Positions 1-9,277 are shown, counted from the stretch's first letter. The stretch: 26,652 bases of DNA from Thermodesulfovibrionales bacterium (GCA_963715195.1 CAVQRT010000010.1:1-26652); one strand, 5' to 3'. Made by a program: numbers and translations. Notes: generated by a model not told the origin, from the letters alone.

Positions 1-1222
1 TGTCCGACTGCCGTCGTCTTGTCTGTCACAAAGGCGCTCGATGATTCTTCTATAAGGTGGCACCACCGCCTGCTGCTTAAACTTGCGGATTGATGTATTC
101 TGCCTTTCTGCTCGAAGACCACCCTGCTTCATTCTTCTTTTTTCGGGGCAACCGATTTCTTTTTAGGGCCTCAGCTTGGCCTGCTGAAGGAGCATTTTCG
201 GAGTCATGGCGAGAGTCCCAGCAGTCTTTGCGGGACAGGTTATTCACACTCCCAAGGGGCTCCAGGGGTCTCATTGTTCCTGTTCGGTTGGTACAGGTCG
301 TCCGTCCTCTCTGCGCCTTCCCGGAGGAGGAGCCGAAGCCGATGACCGAAGCCAACGGAAGATCGTGAAGTTTACGCGGCTATTGCATCCATGCAGGAGA
401 CGTCTGCGATGTTCCGTGACATAGTTCTGCGTCGATAAGGCTTATCAGGATCTCATCATGGGGGTCTCTTATGATTTGGAGACGTGTCTCGTGGGAATCG
501 TTGATCGACAAGGTAACGTAATTTTTGATCGAAACATCGGATGGTCACTACGAAGAATTCGTTCAATTCGAGACTCAAAGATTGTGTCCGGCATATCGCG
601 GAGCATGTTGAAACATGAGTCTCCAAATGCGTGTCCAGAAAATCGGATGGCAGGGATTCACTGAGGGCAAGGACAGCAGATCTGCATGTAGCTCCTCTGG
701 CGAGGCTGATGTTGCTGATGCCATGGCGACGCCGCTTGCTCTGGCAGAATGGAGAGATGTTCAGGATACTCGGAGGCAAACCAGCTCATGATACACTTGC
801 CTTCCACTGGGCCCGACTAATGACCCTTTACGCAGCCGCATATGATGGAGCTGACTACAACGAAGATCACTGATCCGCACATCGAGAATACCGTCTCGAC
901 TCCGAAGAGCATAGGTATTCTTGAAGCCTACCACGGTACCCTGATTCGCCGTTCTGAAGCCGATAGAATCGATGATCAGACCGGAGCCAGATCTGAATCA
1001 TTGCAACGGTGCACAATACCGCGCCGATCTGTATGTCAATTGAGAAAGCTCGCGAGTCATGAGAAGGGATTGCGGAAGAGTCTCCTCGACGTGGTTCAAT
1101 AGCTTTCCGTCCTTCGACCCTGTTTTCCTGTGCAACCCCATATCGTACAGATCAAGAAGTATGTCCATACATGTCCGGATAGCCAAGGTCAATTCACGGG
1201 CTTGATCGGAATGCTCTATTAA
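1..1222 (+). CDS. mvhA: [NiFe]-hydrogenase large subunit, group 3c/MvhA-like; 5'-truncated, many apparent sequencing indels
   Basis: Stitched frames give CPTA at base 1 (end of the L1 RxCGxCPxxH motif), LMYSAFLLEDH, VAPLARL, MFRILGGKPAHDTLAFHWARL, ITDPHI..TPKSIGILEAYHGTLI and IIATVHNTAPICMSIEKA. An L2 motif AFRPxDPCFSCAT at ~1102-1140 needs indel correction and is followed by a short extension. End coordinate approximate. Confidence 0.85.
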
Positions 1223-1316
1223 TATCGAGTTGAAAAGGGGATCACAGAGTGCGAAAGGTGTTGATTACTCAATCATTTGGTGAAAATATATATTCCAGAG
1301 GAGAAATATAGTAACA

Positions 1317-1540
1317 ATGGCGACAGTAACGGTAGACTCTAGAGTCTTCAGATGCCTCAACCTATTTAAAAATAGCCGCAAGAGTCAGCTAGAGCTGAAG
1401 TCCGGTTGATACACTCGAAGCATCGGCTGATTGTCCTCCTTTTGAAAAGGACATTCATAATCATGTGAAAGAACAAAGAAAGACACTCAATCAATAAAGG
1501 ATGAAGGCACCAGAAGAGCGCTGCAAGATCCAGTTTTTAA
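1317..1540 (+). CDS. tusA: TusA/SirA-family sulfurtransferase (sulfur carrier), frameshifted
   Basis: GAGGAG RBS, ATG at 1317. Stitched reading is MATVTVDSR..RCPQP..K...LKSGDTLE..ADCPPFEKDI...CERT.KTL..IKDEG...RCKIQF*, giving the CPxP motif and ~75 aa size. Confidence 0.75.
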
Positions 1541-1573
1541 TTGATATCATCAACAATTCTGTAAAAGGTTCAT

Positions 1574-2724
1574 ATGCAGCATTACATGAAGATTTGCTCC
1601 AAAACAATTAAAAATTCTCCTATCTCCTTGACAAGAACTTCAAGACTCCCTCACGGCAAGACAGAAATGGATCTACTGATGAGCCGCGTCTTGATGAACT
1701 GGCCCGGGTATCTGCATGCGGACTGCATGTGCCTGTTGCTTTGGGTCTGGCCGACGATCCCGGGCAGTCTTCGGCACTGTTCGGATATGACCGGTTCAGT
1801 CGCACGATCGGCAGATGCTCGAGGCGCTCAGCTTGATCCGAGGCTCAGAAAGACGACGTTGCCATCAGGATCAATTATGCAACAATTGAAATCAGCTCAT
1901 CCAGAAGCTGACAGCAAAGAATCCCGACGGATCAGAGCAAAACATACAAAGACTTCAGGAGAACATCCAAGATGATGATGTCGAAGTGATTCACTACAAT
2001 GAAGCCGTTTGCTAGTCTCGATTCCCTGAACCACTTCCACCAGATGACCTTGATTAGACCGATCCACAAGAAGGCCTGGAGCCGAGACCAGTCACCTTCG
2101 AACCCCGAAGCCGAACAGATCACACAGGTCATCGGAGAGATTTATCCTGAATGCCACGGTGTATTGAGGCATGAGCCGGTGGCAAGTTTTTTCTTCCTCG
2201 TGGAATTGCGCAGGTGCTCGATATCCTCACTTTAATTAATGTCATGAATCCCTCTGCATTGCAGTCTGTCCCAATGTACCGCGGTCTTGCCCGTCTGATC
2301 GGATGGATGCGCCGCTTTACAAGGTGACGTACAGGATGAAATCAATTTTCTGAAAACGCGCTATTGTTTCATGATTATAATTTTCTTCTCTGCATGTGAA
2401 AAGATTGATTCGTATGGAGAGAGGACGGAAATTTTCAAGGCAAAGTTCAAAGATAGAAGAGTTCGATCTCCTTTTTTCCGGATATATGAGCCTTAATCCG
2501 GACGTCATCATTGTCACCGGGGACCATTCCACGCCTGCTGTTTTGAAGCCATCGCTCACCCTGCCGGTTTCTCCTCCAAATCACCGTATGTGCTCGGGCA
2601 GACCTGCCAGCGGTTTACCGAGCGGGAGTGTATCAGGGGCGAACTGGGTATCTTCCGCATAGTTAACCTGATGACTTTAGCTCTGCCAACGCGGCAGGGG
2701 CTCAGAGAGAGCTTTGGTGCCTGA
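1574..2724 (+). CDS. apgM: 2,3-bisphosphoglycerate-independent phosphoglycerate mutase, ApgM type, heavily frameshifted
   Basis: Fragments LDELARVSACGLHVPVA, LFGYD, DDVAIRINYATI, RIPTDQSK, TDPQ.EGLEP, LHVK.IDSYGE.GNF, DVIIVTGDHSTPA, FTERECIRGELG and FGA* ending at TGA 2724. Confidence 0.8.
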
Positions 2725-2769
2725 TAGACGGTACGTGACCCCTCTGAATCCTCTAACTCTCGAATCTTC

Positions 2770-4185
2770 TTGTCGGATACCCATTGCCATCTTGAGATGG
2801 ACGCCTTTAACCCTGACAGGGAAGAGGTAATCCAAAGGGCACGCGATGCAGGGATAGGGGCAATTATTACGATCGGATCCGACCTCGCCGGGAACAGGGG
2901 AGGCCTTGAACTCTCACAAAAATACGATTTTATTTACTCAACAGTCGGCTTTCATCCCCATGATGCAAAGGACTTTACGGAGGAAATATTCACCCAGATA
3001 AAAGAATGGGCAATTAAATACAAATTCCAAATCCCAAATTCCAAAAATCAAACTTCAAATACCAAAAACCAACATAGCAAAGTGGTTGCGATTGGGGAAA
3101 TAGGACTCGATTATCACTACGACAATTCCCCGCGCGAGGTTCAGCGCATGGTATTCGGAAAGCAGCTTCGATTAGCGAAAGAACTGGACCTCCCGGTGAT
3201 AATTCACAGCCGGGAAGCGAAAAAGGATACCCTTGAGATCATTATGCATTCTGGAGTGAACCGTGGTGTTTTCCATTGTTTTTCCGGCGACATGGATATG
3301 GCAGAGAAGGCGATGGCATTGGGGTTTCATATCTCGATTGCCGGCCCTGCGACCTTTAAGAATGCAAAGAGGCTGAGGGAGATCGCTCAGGCATTACCGG
3401 ATAATTATCTGCTCATCGAAACAGATGCACCATATCTGACTCCAGAGCCTTTCAGAGGCAAACGAAACGAACCGTCCTATCTTGTCCATACTGCACAGGC
3501 AATTGCAGCCTTAAGGGGCGTCAGCCTCGAGGATGTGTCGCGGATTACCACCCTGAATGCAAAGCTGCTTTTCAGAATCGGCGGGATGCCGGATCAGAGG
3601 AAAATTGCCTACCAGATACGGGACAGTCTCTATCTCAACATCACAAACCGGTGCACCAACCGCTGCTCCTTCTGTATCAGGTTCCAATCGGATTATGTCA
3701 AAGGTCACAATCTGAGGCTTACGGATGAACCTTCTGAAGATGAGCTGAAACAGGCCATCGGGGCTCCGGGCCGGTATAAAGAGATTGTCTTTTGCGGTTT
3801 TGGGGAGCCGTTAATCAGACTTGAGGTAGTAAAAAACATCGCCCAATGGGTCAAGGAGAACAAAGGGCGTGTCAGAATCGATACAAACGGGCAAGGGAAC
3901 CTGATACACGGAAGAAATATCCTGCCTGAATTGCAGGGTATTGTCGACAGCATGTCGATAAGCCTCAATGCCCAGAACAAGGAACTATACGATGCTGTCT
4001 GCCGACCATCCTTCCCGGATGCATATGACGGGGTACTCTCTTTCATTAGGGAAGCACAGAAGGTAATCCCTCACGTACAGGTTACGGTCGTCGCGATTCC
4101 CGGTGTTGATGTAGGAAGATGCAGGGAGATCGCGAAGGAATTAGGCGTAGATCTCAGGGTGAGAGAGCTGGATGTTGTTGGGTGA
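2770..4185 (+). CDS. tatD: TatD-family hydrolase fused to a TatD-associated radical SAM domain
   Basis: TatD metal ligands DTHCH, GFHPH, AIGEIGLD, IIHSRE, VFHCFSG and ETDAPY. C-terminal YLNITNRCTNRCSFC (CxxxCxxC) and VFCGFGEP. True start may lie slightly upstream. Confidence 0.92.
   Translation: MSDTHCHLEMDAFNPDREEVIQRARDAGIGAIITIGSDLAGNRGGLELSQKYDFIYSTVGFHPHDAKDFTEEIFTQIKEWAIKYKFQIPNSKNQTSNTKNQHSKVVAIGEIGLDYHYDNSPREVQRMVFGKQLRLAKELDLPVIIHSREAKKDTLEIIMHSGVNRGVFHCFSGDMDMAEKAMALGFHISIAGPATFKNAKRLREIAQALPDNYLLIETDAPYLTPEPFRGKRNEPSYLVHTAQAIAALRGVSLEDVSRITTLNAKLLFRIGGMPDQRKIAYQIRDSLYLNITNRCTNRCSFCIRFQSDYVKGHNLRLTDEPSEDELKQAIGAPGRYKEIVFCGFGEPLIRLEVVKNIAQWVKENKGRVRIDTNGQGNLIHGRNILPELQGIVDSMSISLNAQNKELYDAVCRPSFPDAYDGVLSFIREAQKVIPHVQVTVVAIPGVDVGRCREIAKELGVDLRVRELDVVG
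3019..3074 (+). repeat. Degenerate 7-bp tandem array inside the tatD reading frame
   Basis: tacaaat tccaaat cccaaat tccaaaa atcaaac ttcaaat accaaaa accaaca, translated within KYKFQIPNSKNQTSNTKNQH. Confidence 0.8.
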
Positions 4186-4721
4186 TCGTTCGAAATGATA
4201 TCCAGTGTCCTTCAGCAATCCCATGTTTATCACAGAATCCGGCATTGACCTCAACGACATATTTCGCATTCTTTATAGACCGGATAGCATTATACGACAA
4301 TGGTTCTGTCTTTTTATATATTTTTATGACCTGCTTTTTCTCGTCAGCAAAGATGATATCGAGCGGGATATAGGTATTTCTCATCCAGAATGAGAGCGGG
4401 CCAGAATCCTGAAAGATAAATAACATTCCCAGCGTTATCAGGCAGGGAGCTCCGGTACATCAATCCTCGTGTTCTCTCAAAATCGGTATCAGCAATCTCG
4501 ATATCAATTTTTGTGATTTCCTTCCGGTTTTTCTCCCCGAGGAAGATTAGTTCACCTTCTTTAGTAAATTGAGGGGATTCTGCCGCAATGGCGGATGGAG
4601 TGAAGAAGCGCTGGGCATTTACCTTTGAGCATCCGGAGAAGAGGGAGTGATGATGGACAAAAAAGGCGAGGAGGCAAAAGATGATCGCGATGAAAGCAGG
4701 GGTTTTGATTTTTCTTAGCAT
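4154..4721 (-). CDS. DUF192 family exported protein (one frameshift near 4426)
   Basis: Hydrophobic N-terminus. EIADTDFERTRGLMYR..LPDNAG joins MLFIF...LSFWMRNTYIPLDIIF...YVVEVNAG in the adjacent frame. Confidence 0.88.
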
Positions 4722-4766
4722 ATATTGCTTACAAAAGTGTCAGTCCATGAGTCGTATAAATTCTTG

Positions 4767-4839
4767 TGTCATTCCCCGACGTGATCGGGGAATCCATTTT
4801 TATTAATTCTGGATTGTCCGGTCAGGCCGGACAATGACA
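4767..4839. repeat. GTCAT-tagged REP-like bipartite palindrome
   Basis: tgtcattccccgacgtgatcggggaatcca ... tggattgtccggtcaggccggacaatgaca: two hairpins with inverted ends. Confidence 0.8.
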
Positions 4840-4871
4840 ACACATACTTTCTGCGCAGTACGCTGCCAAAC

Positions 4872-4912
4872 AAAAACCGGACTGCCTATTATCTAACCTG
4901 TCAGCAGTCCGG
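4872..4912 (-). terminator. Putative intrinsic terminator downstream of the dsbA-like gene
   Basis: Minus strand reads ccggactgc-(18 nt)-gcagtccgg followed by TTTTT. The loop is long. Confidence 0.5.
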
Positions 4913-4989
4913 CCATTCCATTCGGTACCCGAAACTTTCCTATCCCTGTCTTCAAAAAAAATTACACTTTGCCGAAATACCCTATTGTG

Positions 4990-5758
4990 CTACTCCTTGT
5001 CAGGATTGAGAAGCTCGTCTATCGCGGCCTTGAAAGCAGCATACGGCTGAGCACCTTTTACGATTTTTACAGCTTTGACGCTTTTTGCCGTTCTCCTGGA
5101 CCCATCCGAGGAGTGATGATGGTGTTCCTCTAACGCCGGCCTTCTGCCCCTCTGACATATCTTTCTTAATCTCATCAGCAGTTTTTCCGCTGTCGAGACA
5201 TTCCTTGAATTTTGGCATGTCCAAACCAAGCCCTTCAGCATACTTTACCAGGTCCTCAGGATTCAGGGCTTTTTGGTTTTCGAAGAGCTTGTCGTGCATC
5301 TCCCAGAATTTTCCCTGGTCTCCGGCACAGGCGCCTGCCTCGGCAGCCTTAAAAGCCTGTTTGTGGAACCCGAGCGGAAAGTCGAGGAAGTAGTATCTGA
5401 TTTTGCCTGTATCGACATAATCTTTGACAATCTGCGAGACCGTCTCACGGACGTGTCTGGAGCAGAAAGGTCACTGATAATCAGAAAACTCGATGACTGC
5501 GAGTTTGGCATCCTTGCTGCCCTTGAAAGGATCCCCGTCGACATTGACGACGGTCTCCTTGAATTCGGCGGGAGCAGGTCTTGCCTTGATCTGACTCTTA
5601 ATTCCCTGGAGTTCTTTCTGGATTGCCTGCTGCCCTTCCTTCAACCCCTTGATGTCTTCTTTGATGGTGTCAATTTCTTTGCTACTCTGAGAAAAAGCGG
5701 TTTGTGCGCTGAGGAGAAAAATAATAACCAGCGCGGGTACGACGAAAAAATTCTTCAT
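4990..5758 (-). CDS. Exported DsbA-family thioredoxin-fold oxidoreductase, probable selenoprotein (UPFC)
   Basis: Signal peptide, coiled coil, then DPFKGSKDAKLAVIEFSDYQ-TGA(5471-5473)-PFCSRHVRETV continuing in frame to DFPL..H..A..AAEA..CA.DQGKFWEMHDKLF and GVRGTP (cis-Pro). A +1 slip in an A-run near 5083 precedes GAQPYAAF. Confidence 0.88.
5431..5466 (-). promoter_or_regulatory. Bacterial SECIS-like hairpin immediately 3' of the in-frame UGA
   Basis: mRNA UGA-CCUU-UCUGC-UCC-AGAC-A-CGUC-[CGUGA]-GACG-GUCU-C-GCAGA. The apical loop starts 21 nt after UGA and has G at its second position. Confidence 0.7.
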
Positions 5759-5924
5759 ACATGCTCCTTCCTGTAATTTATTTTAAATAGTTTATAAGAA
5801 AATGGAGCAGAAGGGAAGAGAAAATAAAAGTTTTAACAAAGGCTGGTGTCCGGGTATGTTTTTCATGAGCCGCGCTTCTATTCAAGGTCGAAAGTGGTAT
5901 ACTGTATTGCAGGAGATCCCTGGC

Positions 5925-6623
5925 ATGAGTGAAAACGTTAAGATAGATTTCCTTCAAAACATACAACTCTTTTCATCGCTTGCGGAGCATGAACTGCAGC
6001 AGATCGCCGACAAAATACGGATAGAAGAATTCAGAAAGAATCAGATTGTTCTTCGCGAGGAAGATACCAATGAATACATGTACATCATTCTGGATGGACA
6101 GGTGAAAGTTATTCAGGCAACAGAAGATGGCAAGGAGATACTCCTTGCTATTCATAAGACCCACGATTTTTTTGGGGAAGTTTCGCTGATCGACGGGATG
6201 ACGGCTCCGGCAACCGTGCAGGCGTCGGAAGATTCTTTTATCGCATTTATTTCAAAAAAGGATTTTTTTGCCCTGCTCTCCGCGCAGCACAAAGTGCTCG
6301 AAAAATTGTTGGAGATATTGTGCTCGCGACTCCGTGATTCATGGAAAAGAATATACCTCCTGAATTTCAAGCATGCCTCAAACAGGGTCAAGACCTTGTT
6401 TCTCTCTCTTTCTCTTGAAAATGGCATCCGAACTCCTGAGGGCATCGTGATCAACCTGAAGCTTACCCATCAGGAAATTGCTGACATGACCGGATTGACA
6501 CGCGAATCGGTTACCCGCGTACTTGACAAATTGCAGAAAGACGGAGACATAGCCGTGCTCAAAAACAAACGGATATGCCTGAGTCAGAAGTTCGTAAAGA
6601 GCACAAATGTAATGGAGCAATAG
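5925..6623 (+). CDS. Crp/Fnr-family transcriptional regulator
   Basis: cNMP-binding-like domain (YIILDGQVKV, FFGEVSLID) and HTH LTHQEIADMTGLTRESVTRVL. AGGAG at 5911 favours ATG 5925 over 5802. No Fnr Cys cluster. Confidence 0.9.
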   Translation: MSENVKIDFLQNIQLFSSLAEHELQQIADKIRIEEFRKNQIVLREEDTNEYMYIILDGQVKVIQATEDGKEILLAIHKTHDFFGEVSLIDGMTAPATVQASEDSFIAFISKKDFFALLSAQHKVLEKLLEILCSRLRDSWKRIYLLNFKHASNRVKTLFLSLSLENGIRTPEGIVINLKLTHQEIADMTGLTRESVTRVLDKLQKDGDIAVLKNKRICLSQKFVKSTNVMEQ

Positions 6624-6703
6624 TACAGAAATGCAAAAGGATATAAGTGCAGAAGTGCAATAATGCAGAAGGCTTCTGAGCCTCTGTTCTTTTGCTCTTC
6701 TGT
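6624..6703. repeat. Degenerate 8-bp arrays in inverted arrangement
   Basis: gtacagaa atgcaaaa ggatataa gtgcagaa gtgcaata atgcagaa, followed by complementary-type units cttctgag cctctgtt cttttgct cttctgta. Confidence 0.6.
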
Positions 6704-6717
6704 AGTCAAACCGGCAA

Positions 6718-6994
6718 CTAAAGCAAAAAAAGATAAGCCCAGAGAAGACATCCTGAGGTTGCGAGAATTTTTTCAGGCAGGCTCAGGCGTTTGCTCCTGA
6801 TAATGAAGTAAATGCTGAGTGGAGATGTAAGAAAGCATGCCATCAAATACACCCATTTGGGAATGTGCGTTTTTTTCCGAGGGGATATGGTAGTAGCCGC
6901 TGCAAACAGGGCATTCGATCTCTCCGTTGAGTCTCTGCCCGCATTGAGCACATCGTGTGATCCCAAGTGCCTCATCGAGTTCGTCCTGGTGCAT
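6718..6994 (-). CDS. Small hypothetical membrane protein with an N-terminal zinc ribbon (one frameshift)
   Basis: MHQDELDEALGITRCAQCGQRLNGEIECPVC joins RKKTHIPKWVYLMACFLTSPLSIYFII..ILATSGCLLWAYLFLL*, giving two CxxC motifs and two hydrophobic segments. Confidence 0.65.
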
Positions 6995-7010
6995 GAGGAA
7001 TATTATACAT

Positions 7011-7163
7011 AGAATTCGAGGATCCGAGGATTCAAGGGGGATCCAAGTGCAGATTGATAGTAATGATTATGACTCAATGAATGATAATTATTTAGCTTTA
7101 TCTATGCTCTTTATAATGACTCTGTTTCAAAATTTTAGTTGGATCCTTGATCCCTTGGACCCC
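7011..7163. repeat. Inverted 8-bp GGATTC(G/A)A-type arrays enclosing an AT-rich core
   Basis: agaattcg aggatccg aggattca ...atccaag on the left and ggatcctt gatccctt ggacccc on the right. Confidence 0.55.
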
Positions 7164-7176
7164 TATTATTTAACGT

Positions 7177-7854
7177 ATGCGTATTCTCTTAGTTGAAGAC
7201 GAAAAAAATGTAGCTGCCTTTATTAAGAAAGGGCTTGAGGAAGAGACCTATGCCGTTGATGTTGCCGAAGAGGGTCCTGAAGGTCTGTTGATGGCAACGG
7301 AAACCGATTTTGATCTCATCATCCTCGACGTCATGCTTCCCGGAATGAATGGAATAGAATTGTGCAAGACTCTCCGTACAAAGGGTATCATAAAGCCGAT
7401 CCTTATGCTGACTGCTGTTGATTCCGTGGAAAGAAAGGTCGAGGGTCTCGAAAGCGGCGCCGATGATTATCTTGTCAAACCGTTTGCATTTTCTGAACTG
7501 ATTGCGCGGATTAAGGCATTGCTCAGGAGAACTCCGAGCATCGTCAGCGAACTATCTCTCAACGATCTGCGAATCGATCTTTTTTCACGGAGAGTGTTCA
7601 GAGGGGGGAGAGAGGTTGTTCTTACACAAAAGGAATTTTCGCTGCTTGAATATCTGCTCAGGAACAAAGGAAGAGTCCTGTCAAGGACACAAATAATCGA
7701 GAATGTGTGGGGTTACGATTTTTCACCGGGTACAAATATTGTTGATGTACACATTAAGTCCCTGCGGGAGAAGGTGGACTCAGACTTTGAGAGGAAGCTC
7801 ATCCACACGGTAAGGGGAACGGGTTATATCATGAAGGTTGACAATGATCTTTAA
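7177..7854 (+). CDS. OmpR-family response regulator (CusR/CzcR-like)
   Basis: MRILLVEDE, LDVMLPG phospho-Asp, GADDYLVKPF and winged helix NIVDVHIKSLREK..IHTVRGTGY. Confidence 0.93.
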   Translation: MRILLVEDEKNVAAFIKKGLEEETYAVDVAEEGPEGLLMATETDFDLIILDVMLPGMNGIELCKTLRTKGIIKPILMLTAVDSVERKVEGLESGADDYLVKPFAFSELIARIKALLRRTPSIVSELSLNDLRIDLFSRRVFRGGREVVLTQKEFSLLEYLLRNKGRVLSRTQIIENVWGYDFSPGTNIVDVHIKSLREKVDSDFERKLIHTVRGTGYIMKVDNDL

Positions 7855-9223
7855 GACATTCAGAGGAAGATTTGTTTTCATCTCTGCAGGAGTGGTTTCG
7901 CTCTTGGGGGTTGCTTTTGCGTTATTGATCTATTTCTCTTACAGCAAGACCCTTATGGAGTCAATCGACAACTCCCTTCTCGCAGTTGCGAAAAGAGGTT
8001 CTGCCGGCGACGGCGAGGATATCTCTGATCCGAATATCAGCGTGGAGCTCCTCAGGATTGTGAACAATGAGTTTTATCAGGTTATTACCCATCAGGGAAA
8101 AGTGACAATCGCCTATCTTGAGAGCAATTATCCGTGGCCTGTCAACCGTCGATTGATCGATAAAGCTTTAAAGGGCTTGCCACAGTATGAGACTGTATAT
8201 TACAAGTTTGAGAATCACCGGATACTCTATTATCCCGTTGATTCCGATACCGTTCTCCGTACAAGAAAATCCCAGGAGAGTTTTGACAGGGCAGTCGCGG
8301 AGCTGAAGAGGCTCTTGCTCTTTTCCTTCCCTCCTTTTTTGGTGATTTCCCTGATACTCGGATGGGTATTTGCCGGGAGAATGCTTGATCCTGTCAGGAG
8401 AATGAAGTCGCTCACCGAGCAGATCAGGCAAGGCAGGTGGGATAATCAATTGGATCTTGAATCTTACGGGAAGGAGATCAGTGAACTGGGATTGATCCTG
8501 AATGAAATGATCGGAAATATAAAGCGGTCGATGGAGTCCCAGAAGCGCTTCACTGCTGATGTCTCCCACGAGATACGCTCGCCGCTGACATCTCTGAGGG
8601 GGAGCATAGAAGTTGCCTTGAGAAAGAAAAGGGCTCCGGAAGAGTATGAAGACGTTTTGAGGAGTAATTTATCCGATGTTATCCGGTTGACGAGGTTGAC
8701 CGACAATCTTTTGTTCCTTTCAAGGGCCGACCATCAAATACTTTCTCTCAGAAGGCAGTGGTTTGATGTCAAACACTTGCTCGAAGCCGTTGTTGAAGGG
8801 TTCCGCGACAGAGCGCTTCAGGAGGGTGTGCTCATTCACGAGGACTACCAGCACGAGCTTGAATTGAATGGCGATATCGAACTTCTTGAGCAGTCATTTT
8901 CGAATGTCATCGATAATGCAATCAAATACACGCCCCGCGGTGGCAGTGTGACCATAAAATCGCGTGCAGAAGGAGATGTTGTGAAAATATGGGTCAGCGA
9001 TACGGGAATAGGCATCCCGGAGGATCAGATCCCTCAAGTCTTCGAGCGGTTTTACCGGGTCGACAGGGAACGGTCGAGAAGGCTCGGCGGAACAGGCCTG
9101 GGGCTTGCGATAACGAACTGGATAATTAAGGCCCACAATGGTAATATTTCTGTCGAGAGCATTGTTGATAAAGGGAGTGAATTTACCATCACCCTGCCCA
9201 AACTAACTGAAATCAGTATTTAA
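7838..9223 (+). CDS. Membrane sensor histidine kinase (HAMP-HisKA-HATPase)
   Basis: Two TM segments, H-box FTADVSHEIRSPL, N-box NVIDNAIKY, DTGIGI and GGTGLGL. Overlaps the response regulator gene. Confidence 0.93.
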   Translation: MTMIFKTFRGRFVFISAGVVSLLGVAFALLIYFSYSKTLMESIDNSLLAVAKRGSAGDGEDISDPNISVELLRIVNNEFYQVITHQGKVTIAYLESNYPWPVNRRLIDKALKGLPQYETVYYKFENHRILYYPVDSDTVLRTRKSQESFDRAVAELKRLLLFSFPPFLVISLILGWVFAGRMLDPVRRMKSLTEQIRQGRWDNQLDLESYGKEISELGLILNEMIGNIKRSMESQKRFTADVSHEIRSPLTSLRGSIEVALRKKRAPEEYEDVLRSNLSDVIRLTRLTDNLLFLSRADHQILSLRRQWFDVKHLLEAVVEGFRDRALQEGVLIHEDYQHELELNGDIELLEQSFSNVIDNAIKYTPRGGSVTIKSRAEGDVVKIWVSDTGIGIPEDQIPQVFERFYRVDRERSRRLGGTGLGLAITNWIIKAHNGNISVESIVDKGSEFTITLPKLTEISI

Positions 9224-9247
9224 TACGAGCCCCTTGGCCCTTTCTAT

Positions 9248-9277
9248 CGTCATCCTGAGAGAAGAAACGAAAGATCT
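9248..9277. repeat. GTCAT-tagged half palindrome
   Basis: cgtcatcctgagagaagaaacgaaagatct, same family as the 14099 element (gtcattctgagcgaagcgaagaatct). Confidence 0.55.

Noticed and set aside
1100..1140. Possible Sec in the hydrogenase L2 motif ([NiFeSe])
   Set aside because: Both positions read TGT (Cys), although the region is error-rich.
1541..1553. Fnr-like box TTGAT-ATC-ATCAA
   Set aside because: The spacer is 3 nt rather than 4 and the region is too error-prone to judge.
5273..5776. 167-aa plus-strand ORF
   Set aside because: Antisense shadow of the dsbA-like gene.
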